Notes: generated from the sequence alone by a model not told the origin. Shown: positions 22,718 to 37,281, counted from the first letter of the whole stretch. The stretch: 61,773 nt of DNA, filler included, from Sphacelaria rigidula (GCA_964200075.2; 6 parts of 6 records of this genome joined end to end with filler, not necessarily neighbours in it), one strand, 5' to 3'. Program-made: numbers and translations.

Positions 22718-25700
22718 ACTACATTTTCCAATTCTGTGTTGTCGGGGGACGATAGGGAGTCGAATCTCGTTTCTCGAGGGGGTATTTTTGATCGCGTATG
22801 GCCCACAACACGGTTCTCCGGCCGTAGCGTAGTGAAAATCGAGAAAAGAGATTAACTGGACGGATAAAATTGTTCGTTGTAACGATCTGGATCGGTTTGG
22901 TCAAGCGAAAATATCGGAGAGCAAGAAACAGGGGCTGTACACTCGTAGGATCCCGAAGTCAAAATTGATCGTAGACGATTTGTTGTTGTCGAAAATTGTG
23001 TTGGGTACTCATCTATCTCGATTCCCAAAGTTTGGGATCAAACAGAAACCGTGATGAGTCGTGGTAACCAAAACACATGAAAAAACCGCTGCCAATCGAA
23101 AACGTTTTGTTTACGTTTGACTACTATATCTTCATGGGTGAAATGTCCATCTCTTAGATTCCACTATCCGGGTGGAACAGGTTTGATATCCGCCATGTCC
23201 AACGTAGGCTATGAACGGATAAAGTTCAGAATGATGATAGGCAAGTCAGGTGCGGAGACGATCGTGACGGCCTGTGCAGCACTTTTGTTTGCTCTGACCA
23301 GTACTTGGACTCCTACCGATGCCAAATGCATCGTCAACAGGGATACCGACCTGACGAAGACATGTGGAAAGATCAAAACTCTTGCGAGTCCGGTGTCAAA
23401 CCCCCCAAAAAGATCAGCGTGTTACACATTTGCTTTTCGATGGTTGTGCAACAAACTTGCTTATTACAGAACGATCCCCAAGGACGAAGACAGGGTATGC
23501 CGCACTTCGTTCGAACTTGAGCTGCTCTTGGGAGATTCTGCTTGACTCTCGTCTGTATTTTCGTTACCTCTACACGAAACATTTTACATGGTCACACTAA
23601 AGAGGAAAGGTACTACTGTACAACTAGAAAAGCGCAATATTTTCTCGATTCTACCGACCAGAGGGGGCGCGCTTCTTTCCGACGACCGTACGCTTCCCTC
23701 AGCTTTCCTCTGCTCAGCGCCACGCTTGCTACAAGCTTCGACTCAAACATCAACGGTGTTACGGTAGCTGCTCTTTTCACTCGAAGTCCTATACCCTGAT
23801 CATGCGAGGGATCCCGTACTGGGCACCGTCAGAGGCCAAGGGCTATCAGTTCTTCCCTATGCTCATTTGCCTGTTGGCAACTTTCTATCGCGTGATGGCA
23901 GTCAAACTTACAGTACTTGTACGTACAAGTCTCGTTTACCTCTTCTCCAGTTGCCGATTTTTGACCCTCCTTTTTCCTCAGCCGTACCGTGCTCTTTCCG
24001 TCTGACTTTACTCCTTTTCAACCATCACTAGACTCTGCTGACGGACCCTGCGTGTCCCCGGAGCTGAACGCTCGTTTCTGGGGGCGACCGCTATCGGAAT
24101 TTTCCCAATTCTTCTCCTTGAGGGGTTTCGACAGCTGTTCTCCCTGGTCCCCAACGGTTTTTACTAGCTGTAGGGTTGGTTTCTTATTGGCTTCCATTGG
24201 CGAATTTTAGGCGTGGGAGGTGGAAGCCGTGCTTTCAGGTGTTGCGCCGCGGAGATTTTTCGTTTCGTGGTTTCTAGCTTGGGAACGCACTAGCTGAACA
24301 CTGCGGGTAGGGTCGTCTCTGACCGTCTCCTCTCGAATGTGCGGGGGAAACCCCGCTTCGAAAGCCGCGGTTTGATGAACATCTCGGGCGAAGTTGACCG
24401 GGCCTCTGTCATTGAAGCTAGCTAACCGATGTTGGGCTACAAATGTCCATGGCTGACACATTTTTCAAGTATCGCTACCCCTAAAACCCTAACCCCAACC
24501 CAACGCATAACAAGAACCCTTGGGTTAGGACGGTACATAGCATTCCCGAGGCAAAGTGCGGCCTTGGTAGACCCAAAATCGGCGCCTGTGGCCCCGATTT
24601 CAACGAAAACGCGTTCTGCGCACGCGAGGAGCACACGGGACTGTCAGCCCTACTAAAGATCCGATTCTCGTTGTACACACTCAAATCGAGTAATGATGTA
24701 TCCACGATCAATTACTTTTGGACCGCACGGAGCGTGAAAGTTGGCCTAAACTCTCGATCGACACTCGCGCGTGATCGCTGAGATATCTCAAGTCCATGTA
24801 GAGCCAAATTTGTGCCTCCGTCCGTTTGTTAGGAAGGCAACCTTGTCGTGCGCTCATTACTCTGTGTAGCATCCCCTCTCGTGTTCGCAAGCTGTTGGGT
24901 GTTCGTAGAGATGGCTCCAGTGTTTTCTGGTTGAACGGCATTTTGGCGCGCAGGAAGTTGAGTTGCTACTCCAGTGATTGCCCTTGATTGTTGGGGATTC
25001 ACGGTGGGTGCAGGAGGCGAATTTGCGAGCGTAGTCTCATTGTTTGGGCTAGCAGGGGGTGTGCTTCGTACTGCCCTACCAAAGTGCTGGCCTAACGCTG
25101 TCCCACACTCCACCTTTCCAATCAATTGGTTGCGTGCGCCTCTGTGATTCACCTGAAAACTTTGCTGAAGCGCACCGTCTGCGGGAGGGGTGAGGCCGAG
25201 CGTACTGAGTACTCATGCAGGTAGATCAGAGATGTCGCGGGAGTATCTTTCGACCACTCCCAGAACGACTCGCAAACCGGCCGTTCTCAACGGTAGACGC
25301 GGTGGGCACCTGGGAGTCGACGGTGGACACTGGTGCGGTGCCGTCGTTGTCCTCGTCATTGTCCTGCTCATCGCGCTCGCTCTCATCGTCGCTACATTCC
25401 CCCTCGCTCAATTCTTTGAATTGACCACTCCCGCCGTTGCCGTCCCCCTCACCGCCTGTTGTTTTAGGTTGGCCTGACCGCCCCATATAAGATTTCCCAG
25501 ACTTTTTGTTTGTTCCGGAATACTTTTTCACGGGTGCCAGATGGGTGGGTGGGTTGTTGGACTGGCCCTCTACAGTCGCGGAGGCGGTCTGGTTAGGACT
25601 TTCCTCCGCAGCGGCTTCGGAGGGGGAGGGGGGGTGCGGGCGTGGCTAATGCCGTGTGCGCGTTGCTGATGATGCTTGTTCTCGTATTCGGCATGGTCGC

Positions 25701-27559
25701 CTTGGGTGTGCGTGGTGTTGCCGTTTTACTCAATACTCTGTACCCTGACCACCCGCGGATCTTGTCAGTTTGTTTCGAATCGGTGTACGCCAGTGTAAAG
25801 AGGGCTTCACTGAGATCTTTGACATGCTGCGGCCGAAAGAGATTTCCGGTTCCTCCCGAAAAAGGTAGCACACGGAGCCCTGCTGCTAAGGGATCTCCAA
25901 AGCAAGGCGGACTTCCCGCCTCGATTATTAAAGCGAGGACTGGCCGTGAGCCTGGGTGGTAGATAGTGGACAGAGCTTGTACATAGTGTCCTCTTGAGTT
26001 CCTACGGTGGCTTTATTATCCTGAGCTATTTCTACTGAAATACCACACTACCTGAAGTACCAGAGATTCGTATGTACAAGTGAGGGTCTAGGGATCGCTC
26101 AGTCATGTTAGTGGCGGACCAGATTCATGTGACGTACGCTTCTCCAGTTACATGTGTACACAGGTATTCAGTTTGCCCATACAGAGTGTGGCTTCCACAT
26201 CCATATACGGATATATACGTGTACAGCAAGAGATATCAAATATTGTTTCCCCAAATTTTCCACTTTAATCGGGAAAGTGCGACATTTTCGCTCTCCGCGA
26301 TATGCGCGTCTGACGCCCGTGTGCGCTTACAATATTGCTCGGGACATATCATGGAACAAAAATTACTCGATTAAAAATGACAGCCAAGCTGGTATTATGT
26401 GTGCATAGACCAGGAAAGGAAGATGGAGGAGGCAGAGCGCGTGGCGAGATTCGTCACCGACTGACGACGACGCCGTCATTTCCTTCTTCTTGCCCTAATC
26501 GATTTCACCTTGACTTGGTAACAGTTTTGTCCTCGGTCTGGTTGTGATAATTCGATTGGGTTTATTTTGCCCTGTCCTATCCTGTTCTGGCCTGATTTGT
26601 TTGTTCCGTTTCCCCTTCTGTAGGCTCGTTGTTTTTGTTTTGGTCCTATCATCCTTTGGCCCTTGTCGCGTTTTCTTACCGTACCTTGCCCTGCCCTATC
26701 CTGACTTGTGCGGTATGCCGATTTCCAAGCTGGGCCAGCCTAGAAGCGGATTGGCAGGTTGCAAGCCGATCTTTCACCTCAATTATGAGAGTTGCTCCTT
26801 CAAATTTTGTATGGAGAACCGCTAGGGCTTCATGAAATAAAATGGACACTTAGATTTTCACTTTTTTCACATGAGTGGAAGGCAAAAAACGAGTTCCAGT
26901 GTTCGCCAAAGCGTCCTTGACTCATGAAAAAAAGGAACTTAATAGAGAGTTTCGGCAAACGTTTTTTCAAGTCTTCCAGTCAGAGTGGAAGGAAAAATAG
27001 CCGGTAACGGTGCACTTTCTGCTATGAAATTTTTTTCAGAGCGATTCCTTCAGGGTCAGAGTGCCGTTTGCACCACCTAACTCTGAAAACCGTTGTTCTT
27101 CTTCAGAGCCCATAGCGGAATGAAGAAGAACCACGCCCACCTTCACCGCCATGGTCACGTCCAGTTAGAAGTCAACACACCCTAAAAAGCAAAGGGGGAC
27201 ATTCATCATCCATCAAAACTGCCATACTCATCACAATGGGCCATTCACGAAGTAGAAAAGCTTGGCATGGCAATCAGAAGACCTGCCTCACGCCGCCATG
27301 GCATCAGCATTCGCTTGGTTGTGTTGCGTGAATATTCAAATGCTCGACGGGCACACGTTGCCCTTGGGTGCAGTTCCTCACTCTTGCCACCCTCAGCGGT
27401 CAGAAGACGGTGTGAAAGATTCGTAGTCTACAACGCGCAAGCAGTACTACACTTGGCTACATTGCCATTTCGTTAGAGCTTATGACTTCTTGCACCACAC
27501 TTATGGGTGGCATGTTGGGAAATCATCACGATGCGGCCTTGTCTGTTGTTTGAATGTGC

Positions 27560-27730
27560 TGCCTACTACTGTACTGTTGTGCTGGTGTATTACTGTACAA
27601 CTGACTGTACGGCATCGCTATAGTTCACTGTACCGCGATGTACTGTTGTAGGGTTCTGCATTGCACTCTCTGTACTGCACTGGCTGTACTCTACACTGCA
27701 CAGCCCTACAGTACTACAGTACCCTGTGTT
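27560..27730. repeat. Degenerate (TACTG/CACTG)n pentamer array
   Basis: Repeated tactg/ctgta/cactg motifs. Confidence 0.6.
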
Positions 27731-29779
27731 CCGCCGTGGTGGATTGAAGTACTACAGGTGCAATGAAGCGTGGTGTACGGCACGTGTGGTGCCGCAGGGT
27801 ATGGTACAGCAAATGCTGTCTTGACTGGTGCATTTTCGGACTGCACCTGACTGCTCGCTGGGCAATCGCACAACATTAAGTTGGCGGCACAACCTGCGGC
27901 CAATCACTGCGGGAAAAAAAATCCACATTAAGCCACGTCACATCAGCTTCCGCTATGAATTATTTAGCGTCCACTCTGAAATTTCAACGCTTCTACTCTG
28001 CACTCTGACTCCATGATCAGAAACAAAATCTTCCGAAACTCTCTAATGTCTCAATATATGTGGAGGATATCTCTTTGCAGTGACATGTCAGAGACTGATG
28101 CCACACATGTATGCAGACCCAGCGCAAGCAGGGACAAGGTAGGAACGTTCCGCAAGGACGAGATTACAGAGGACCCTGTCATGCCGGCGTAACTAGACAA
28201 CTTGGGGTGATGGCAGGACGGTCCAACACCCCTCAACGCCCTGGTCGCCCCTGGCGACCACATCTCGTCTGACGACTTCTTGCCTACATATACAAGAGGA
28301 AGTCATCGCCAGCCTCGGAGTTCCTTCGGCATCAGTACGGCAGTCTCCCCCGTAGGTCTCTGACTACCCTAGCGATACGCCTTCCCCACGTATACATATA
28401 TATATATATACAAGGTTCACCTTCGGGAAGTTGGTACTGGCCTCCCGAGGGTGACGCAAGTCGAAAATATAGGGCTAAGAGAGGCTCTTGTATCACAACG
28501 TACAGAATAGAAATCGTGGCTGTGTACAAAACATCGCGTGTGTGATCGGATGTCATTCGGACATATGGGAATTCGGGCAGAGGCCGACGGCGGAACCGCC
28601 GGTGTAGGACATGTGTGTGTGGTATGTTCGAGGTGCCACGCGTGGCATTTCCGATGTGCCAGGGTGCGAAGTAGCTCAGGTGCCACAAAGACATGACAGC
28701 GGGAGGCACTCCCGAAAATTGGAATGCGTGGAACATTTTTGGCATGTTCTTTGTACATCGCTGTGACTTCCACATCACCGAGCGATTTTTAGAACAGGGT
28801 GATTGTTTTTGCGGCAAAACATTCCTGTGCTGCCGTGCTGCTGTGCCTTGTTCAACTCGCCAACGGCCCACTGCACGGTTTTGTGTTCGCTGCTGACTAG
28901 GGCCAAGGCAATGTTGAATTATTTTCAACTTCTTTGCTCTCATGTTCTCGTGACATTAGCGGCATAACCGGTGTGTTCGTGCTCACAAATGAACGAGAAA
29001 GCGACAAAGAGACACGAGGGGAAAATAAGACGCCAAAAGTAATCCTGTTCGAAGTTTTCCATTATCTTCAACAGACGGCTTTTGTGGTTCGGGATCGACA
29101 CCCCGCGAGGAAGGGTTTGAGCGACTTTCGGTGGCCAGAACACGCGCCACAGGTTTCAAATGACACCCAAACCTGAATGGTAATGTAGCGCTGAGGCTTC
29201 TCAGTGCGCTGCGATAGAAAGCGCGGGAAAAAATGCCTTGTCGCCAGAGGAAACTGGGCGAAAGTGGTGAAAATGTGAAATGATATATATATATATATAT
29301 ATGTATCATATATACAGGTGCCCTAGCGATTCAGTATACCAAATTTCAAGGTGCATCTGTTAGGAAAGAGGTGAGAATTCCAGGTTGAAGCACGGGCCGG
29401 TCGACAAATGGAGCTGCAAACTTTGGGCTCAGTTTTGATGTTTGTGCTTTGAAATTTTGTGTGTATAATCGAAAGGGCATTATAATGATAAATCTGCGGG
29501 ATACTGTTCCTTCTTTCCGTGAGTTGACGTTTTAGTGTAGTAAGAAGCACCTCGTCACAAGATCGATCGTCCTTGCCGCATAAAGAAAATACCTACTCGT
29601 ACTCATGTTCTGTTTTCAGCATGCTCTCGCTATCATCCATACAAAACTTCAAAGCACGACTCTAAACACTGAGCTCAGAAACTGAGTCAAGGGCCAAAAA
29701 CAAAACTCAACTCATGAAATATTTTGAAATGTCAAGGTCCTGAATGTTTAGCTTGTGTCGTGCCCTTACGACTCATACC

Positions 29780-30207
29780 ACATTTCGAAGCAACTCTCAA
29801 AAACGGAGACGTGGAAACCAGATGTAGCGTATTCAGCGCATTTGCTCGTGATGTATTGATTCTAGTGAGGCATCTTATGTGCACCACATATCTAGATAAC
29901 GAAGTGAGGGTGAGGGTACCGATCGTTTCCCGTACTCCAGGGAATTTTCACACCAAAACCCATCATCATCCGCTGTACATATTGTTCGAGGTTTCGCACA
30001 GACTTTCGTACGGACGTCATATCCGTACGGTAAGGGATTTACTCGACATGGCGTTTAATCAACGGGAAAAACATGGCCCAGGCTTTTGAGAAAATGGGCA
30101 TCTTCCCCTTGATTAGACGATTAGTAAGATGTGTAGATCATGGCTCAATTGGTCTGCTTCGATACATGTCTGAGATTCAATCGGTTTTAACGCTGGCCCA
30201 GGCCGTA
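29780..30207 (+). mobile_element. Diverged right half of the Tc1/mariner-like family
   Basis: Collinear with ~3240-3677 (CAACTCTCAAAAAC, GGTGAGGGTA, GGGCATCTTCCCCTTGATTAGA); ends GCTGGCCCAGGCCG|TA. Confidence 0.75.
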
Positions 30208-30368
30208 AGTAGTTTCTGTATTTTTGCCTTTTTGGTCTACCATGGCCCGCCCACCACGTAGCCAACGATTTTCTCTCACGGGCCAATCAAAAGTAGGTGT
30301 GAATCTTGCTCAGGCGACGCACGGCGCGGTATTAGGAGTTGGACGCTGAAATGTTGACAGCAACTTTT

Positions 30369-30573
30369 CAAGGGTAGGTCGAGTAGAGTATACTCAATTG
30401 CGGGATATTTTGAAAGTCGTACTTGAAGTACACAAATTGGGGGTAGGGTTTCAGGAATCACTTCCCAGCTATTTTTTGGGTACGACTCCCAACACTTTGC
30501 CGTAACTTGAATACCCCAAGTACGTCTTTCAAAATACCCCGCAATTGAGTATACTCTACTCGACCTGCCCTTG
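30369..30573. mobile_element. hAT-type MITE (205 bp) with perfect 8-bp TSD
   Basis: CAACTTTT|CAAGGGTAGGTCGAGTAGAGTATACTCAATTGCGGG...CCCGCAATTGAGTATACTCTACTCGACCTGCCCTTG|CAACTTTT; ~57-bp TIRs. Confidence 0.9.
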
Positions 30574-30841
30574 CAACTTTTCATGATCGAAATGCAAAAG
30601 ATTACGTGAGCAGGAAAGAAAAAAATAAAATAAAAAGAAGTTACAGGCCTTTGAAATTTCACCAAAAACAAGATAATGTCAGAAGTCCAGGAAAAAGGAG
30701 AATCTGCAGCTGCTCACGTAAAGTATCAGTTCCTTGGGTGCAGAAAGTCTACCTGAAATTTCAGCTCAAGAGTCGTCGAATTGGGCCGTGTGTTCAATGT
30801 TTTTCGTGACGCTGCTGCACCCCTATAAATCAAGTAATGGG

Positions 30842-30941
30842 NNNNNNNNNNNNNNNNNNNNNNNNNNNNNNNNNNNNNNNNNNNNTTAATTAATTAANNN
30901 NNNNNNNNNNNNNNNNNNNNNNNNNNNNNNNNNNNNNNNNN
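30842..30941. other. Artificial contig linker
   Basis: Same N44-TTAATTAATTAA-N44 structure. Confidence 0.98.
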
Positions 30942-31131
30942 GCCCCTCGATCGCGTAGATACTTCTTCAGCGCAATTCACCGACTCTGTGAGCTTACAGC
31001 GCTGACCGAAACCGTCATTTTCCCTGATATTTGAGGGGGGTAATATCAGGGAAAATGACGGTTTCGGTCAGCGCTGTAAGCTCACAGAGTCGGTGAATTG
31101 CGCTGAAAAAGTATCTACGCGATCGAGGGGC
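30942..31131. repeat. Near-perfect 90-bp inverted repeat with a 10-nt loop at the start of contig 4
   Basis: Arms 30942-31031 and 31042-31131 differ by one mismatch. Confidence 0.9.
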
Positions 31132-34100
31132 ATTAGGCCGACAAAAACGTCATTGATTGGGCACCATCATCACTGAAAGTGTGGGGAAAGCACTGTTTTA
31201 GGCTTGAACCTCATCTCGGAGCTGAACCTCAATTATTCGCACAATTTGTTGTTGTACGTCTCCGTCAAATATGAATAGTATTTTTCTCGGCATGTTCGTT
31301 CCGCTATATATGAATTTTGACGTGAGATCCGCTTGGCATGTGTCGTGGGAGTACCTATTTATCTTGCTCTGCATGAGGGAATGCGATGATGGAGAGAACC
31401 CCCTCCCTTGGGCCCAGGAATGTCGCGTGCTTTCAGGTGTGGTCGACAATCAAGTAAAAGGTGGTCGAGAAAAGAAGAAACGGGGGCGCACACGATTGTC
31501 GCATGAGCTAGGTCGTCAGTGAAGTTCGTTTGGCAAAGTGATTATCCTGCCTTGGAGTTAACGCAGCTCGACGGCGGTGCTGCTTCGACGAGACGAAGAA
31601 GCGCAGTCGTGAGCTTGCACCACAAAACTACGAAACAACAAGGACAGATTATTCAGTCTACCACTCCTTACTCTACATGTTATTGGTATCGTCCACGGCG
31701 CCATCTCATGCCATCCATCCGACCATAACCCCCCCCGCAGATTATCTTTGCCCCCGCTTCCGTTCTCCCCTCCCCCCCGTGTCCCTCAGATTGACACCAT
31801 TCAGCCCGAAACGCCTGGAAGCCCCCCCATCCCCCGCCCTTACCACAAAAAAAAACATTTTCTACAGCTCTACCCAGATCGTTGAAATAAGCGCAACGTA
31901 ACATGTGAACATACGAAAATAAACAGCAATACTCGCACGCCGAACATCGACGACGCAAAGGAATTCTAACGAAAGACACACACACACAAAGGTTTACTGC
32001 AATACAAGAACTTATCCAATTACAGTGGTACGTGTGTGTGAATGCAGTTTCACGAATTTGTGTGACAGCTACGCCTTGAGCGTGAGTACCGGAAACTGAT
32101 ACCACAATATGCACAAACGATCAAGACATGTGTGTTACGGCCTAGGCCGTTTAAACAGTGGTGTACGGCGGACGAGCCGGAGAGGGCTGCTATTGCTTGT
32201 TTTTGTAGAATCTCGCGACTCTCGACAACAACATGCGTTATCCAAACAAGGCGCGACACCATGAAGTCGAACGCGTATGCAACTCACAACTCGCCTGATA
32301 CTACCCTCTCACCCAAAAGACACAAAGACAACGAGCCCCGCATGAACTACTGTGAGTACCAGGACCATCATAGCTACGGCGGCCATCATCACCAGCAGAA
32401 AGTGGATGCACCCCTGCCTTTTCAACTCCCCTAGAGGGAGTCTACCATATAACATACCCCGGAATTCTGTTTACACCTGGCTCCATATACACAAACACAC
32501 ACACGTGTTACTGGAATATGATAATAGTGTGATATCCCAACCTCTGCTGGCGCTGTCGTCAGTCATCAACCTAGGAAATCACTCGTGCCATAAGACGCGA
32601 GAGGCCAAGTTCCCTACCACTCAACCGCAACCAGAGAAGAGCAACACCGACGTCTCACGGAGGCACGGAATGAAAGATAAGCGCTCAACAAGTGGACGCC
32701 TATACACTGATGATGTGTATCCACGTTGCGTCACCAATAGTAGATGAATGCTATGAGTATCGCTGGCTGAAGAAAACAAAGCAATGACGAAAACAAACAC
32801 AACAGCATGGCAGCCATGTGCTGCTACTGGCTGCGCAGCGCCACATATAGTATGTCGTACGCATCCGACAAGCTACTGTTCTAACTCACGAGTTGCCCTT
32901 CACCGCCCGCAACACTTGGCCCCAAGATCCCTTCTTACCGTTAACGGCGAACAACGTCGCAGACATGCGCCCTTTAAAAGACACCTCAGCAAGTGAGAAA
33001 CACCTAGAAGGGCAAGTCGCGAAGTTAATCTCAACGAAAAGCCCATCAACCAGAGTAAAACGGCGCGCCTGACAGAAGGGGAGTCCGACACACAAACATT
33101 TCAGCGACACGGCACAGGAGGGCCACGCTTCACCTGTACTAGGACAAAAACATCGGAAAGTTAAACAGCTATACGGCACGAGCATCACACTAACACATAC
33201 ATATCCGATGGAGATTGACGGCCCCGGTCGAAAGCCACATATCTGTATCCGTCATGATCATCTGGAGGCACGGCAATTTCATCCCGTGAGATGACGAAGC
33301 AACGACTTGAGGCCATACACCACATCGACCCTCGCAGTGTAGCACGCAATCAATCCACTAAGTACACGCACATACACGAAGAGTGTATCATCTCGTACTA
33401 ATGCGGACAGCTCGGAACCCCGCTTCTACCCGTCACAGTTCAACATTTCTCCGTGCCTCTCTCGATCACAATAGGAAGGCTCGGCAACCATCTCTTCCGA
33501 ATAACACCCGAGAAGCTCACAACGCTGTTGAAACAAGATGGGGTCCCGAGGCTAACGAGATCCACACACTCTTGACGATACGTACGTAAAGATCAACGGC
33601 GGACTTCAAAAACCGCCTACTCCAACCAGAACGGCGACGCGCGCTCGACGCTGAGAAGTGACGCGTCGTCAACAGCTGAAAGGTACCGTACCCGCACACG
33701 TACCCGTACCCGCCACAACACAAACCCCGCGGTTGTCGGTTGTCGGTTTTGGGTTCTGGGTTTTCGGTCGCTTTGTAGCAAAGTACACAATACTATGGAA
33801 CGAGTACTGGATACAAGACAACACACACGACCCCACGTCACAACATCATAACATGCAGCAACACGATAGATTGCGGACCGCGGCATCTCCAAAGAAATGG
33901 CCCTCAGTCACACTCGTACTATTGTATGTACCTACGACGACCCGTGCCAACCACTCACGCCCATGCACACACACGAACCGACGCCCTCACACATCAGATT
34001 GACACGGCAGGCTTTAGAGCTCGCTGATACGCAACAATCCTAAACAACGAGCATCCTCCTCATTGCCGAGACAGCAGGAACCTCACGCGGCTAGATATGA

Positions 34101-37100
34101 ACAAGAACGAACCGTGAACACGCTACAGTCTACGGAATGCGCAGAAATAGCAGAACCGTGTTTGGCCGATATCGCGGGGCTCCCCTCCACTGGACTCTGG
34201 CACAACCGCAAGCACCACATTTCAAGATACACCGAAGTATACAAGCCCACCGAAATAGCTTCCAACCGGGCCCGCCATTCGATATAACGAGACGGTCACT
34301 CGACTAGCACATATCGCTCTTCCTCTCTATATCTCTCTCTTTATATATATATATGTGTGTGTATATATAAATCACTGAGTAGAAGCACAAGTAGAAATAG
34401 GCACATCCACATTACCACATAGAAAACAAGAGTAAAGTAAGAAGAACAGGCACATACACAAACTACTGGGTGAAAATAAAAATAAAAGTACAGTAGAAGA
34501 TCACGCACATGAAAACTACAGAGTAAAAACAGACGCAAAGAAAAAAAAGGGGGGAATCACACTACGGAACAGAAACAATGGTGCCGACCCCCTCCCGCCA
34601 CGGTACTGCACGACAACTTAAACAAACTATTTCTGAAAAGCAGACCAACAAAAAAAAACTAGACCCTCGACGGGTACTTTGAGGCGCATAGACTACACAC
34701 ACTACAACCGCCACGTCCTCAACACTGTGTGGTGAGGTTTGCCAACACATGCGCACAAGACGTTGCACATTAGCACACTACACACTCGCGGCCGGCGTTG
34801 CACAACACGCGCCTCAACAAGGCACTACTCATTTTCAGAGTTCACCAATAGCGTAGGGTACTGTTTTCACCCCCACTGCCATGGTCAAGGGCACTCGCTT
34901 CTCCACTTACCGCACGAATGGAATAAACAAAGAGATGCTAAGAAACAAACTCACAGTGAAGTACTGTTCAGCTTGCGACATAAATTAGATCTCAACCCAA
35001 TAACGACCACAGCGGATGATGACCGAACCCTCCGAATGAAACACCGCCAGCGTCACTTGCCCTACACCACAGATGCTTGGCGTTACCCTCGCCCTTCAAT
35101 TGTGATGTGTCCTTATTTGAATGATGAACACAAACGACCACGAACGATAAGAATATATCTCAATAATCGCAACATCCTGTCGTACACACAGTGTTCAGCG
35201 AAATATATGACCCATTCAACACCGGAACATCAACGATGAACGATCGTACCTCGCAAGCAACCCTATTACCTCATCATGGACGCTCCAACTATGGAAAGCG
35301 ATGCTCGTTATTCTATGATACTTCCTTCAGCATTGTGACATAGCATACATCAGCACCTCTGAACCAGAACGCGGCCGTGACTCCCTGTCGTTGCAGCACG
35401 TATTGCCCACAGTCCAGGTTCCGAAAAGCAACGCCGAGAACGACCGTGACCTCGAAACAAATCTTGACGAACGTAAGAATCGCCATCGTGATGCCCACGC
35501 CCCCCAACATCAAAAATGTAATGCCCGTACTTCAGGCCTCGTTCGACACAACCTGCAACCGATCCCAACCTCAGGTCTTGAACCGACAGAACCACACAGC
35601 ACAGCCGTCTCTCTCGTGTACAACGTCGAAACACGGGATCGAAAGTTTCTGCCTTCGCGTCCAACAAACGAAGCATCTCTTTAACGAAGCCCTAAACTTT
35701 GAAAACACTGACCACCACCAAATAGCGATAGTGAACGGCTCGATCATAGGTCTTACATCTAGCCGGTCACTCATCAGGCGCCGGATTTAAACCACCGTCT
35801 GCACCTCTACCACACCTACCGGTCCCTTCCAACGGTACGTTGCACCCCACATTTGAAGCGCGGTTGAGAACCCACACCAGTCGCACGCTTTCGATCGTCA
35901 ACAACGGAGGGTGGCGTGACATTCGCCAGCTACGGATATCATTCCCGTGCATCGTGGTTTGATGAAAGTATAAGATCCTGGTGCGGGAGTCGTCTTTCAT
36001 TCCCACCATCCCCTTTCTAACTTCAAGTGTAGAACTAATCGGACGATGGCGACTTGAGACTAAGTCTACCGTGACGTAGCACGCGACGTGACAAGTGTGA
36101 CAAAGTGTGCGAGACCTCACCTTCGTATCTATAACTTGTCTCCGCTCGTGCATCGCGCACCTCAGCGTAAACTAAGCGTATCCAGAGCCCCCACTTCCCC
36201 CTTTCTCCGGGCTCTGGGGATAGCAGAACCCAAATGAAAGACGTCAGCGACCGAAGACTAATCGCTGGGTACGGACGCCGCTAGAACCGACCACAAAACC
36301 TCTTCACAGGTGGGAGTGAAGACACACCGAAACGCTGCCAAGAAAGTGATGCCACACTGCCCACGCCCAAGTCAAAACTAAAGTAAAATTGCATGAGATA
36401 AAACAATAGTAAAATAATACTAAATAAAATAAAATAAAATAAAACAGAGCAAACTAAAGAGGAAAGGGAAACAAAAGGATATTCGCTTTTGGCACAGTGC
36501 TAAACATATCCCAAGCGCAACGCGGAATGTGTGCTCTCATCATGAAAAGACACGCAGAGGATTGTCAGGCAGTCGACAATCGAAAACAACAACAAAAAGG
36601 CGATACGCCAGACATGAGACCAAACCATGCGCGGAACACAGCAAATGAAGTAAAAAAGAGGGAAGACGTGACCACCACATCGCACGACGACTACTCCCCC
36701 CGAATACACATCCCTCATTGTCCTCGTGTTTCCGTTGGCCGTAGCACCAGCGCAGGGTTGTGGCCGATCCGAATGGTGACAATACATTATGGAGCAACAC
36801 TTCGGTCAGACACCAGATCGACTGGCTCCCTCCCCCGCCCTGCGCATTCTAAATCGTCGTGGAGATCTGCACTCCCTCTTTCCACAGCTCCCCCTTTTTC
36901 TCATCCTCGATGCCTTCAGTGCGCGCCACGATACGACGAAAACATGGCCCCCGAACCGTGTGGAGTTCTCCATGGGAGAGCCCGCACCGAGGGGGATACC
37001 GTTTGAACAGCGGTTTGTTTCCCACACAAGAACTACGGTCCAAGGAACTACCGACTAGCCGATGACGAACGTCGTGCTCCCATCAACATCATACGCGACT

Positions 37101-37281
37101 TCAACAACACCCTTGTCCAAAGTCCAAACCGACGTATTCTCGATACTTTGATCCTCATGCTCTCCGCTGCTGGGACGACCAAAACCAAGAAAGACATCAA
37201 GATTTGTATACTGCGTCGCCGTTCACACTCACCAAATCTGCCTTCAACCCTCTACCATGGCACCAACCAAGTCACCGCTTC

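Noticed and set aside
24478-24505. Telomere
   Set aside because: Only two or three degenerate CCCTAA units, internal to a dispersed repeat and far from a contig end.
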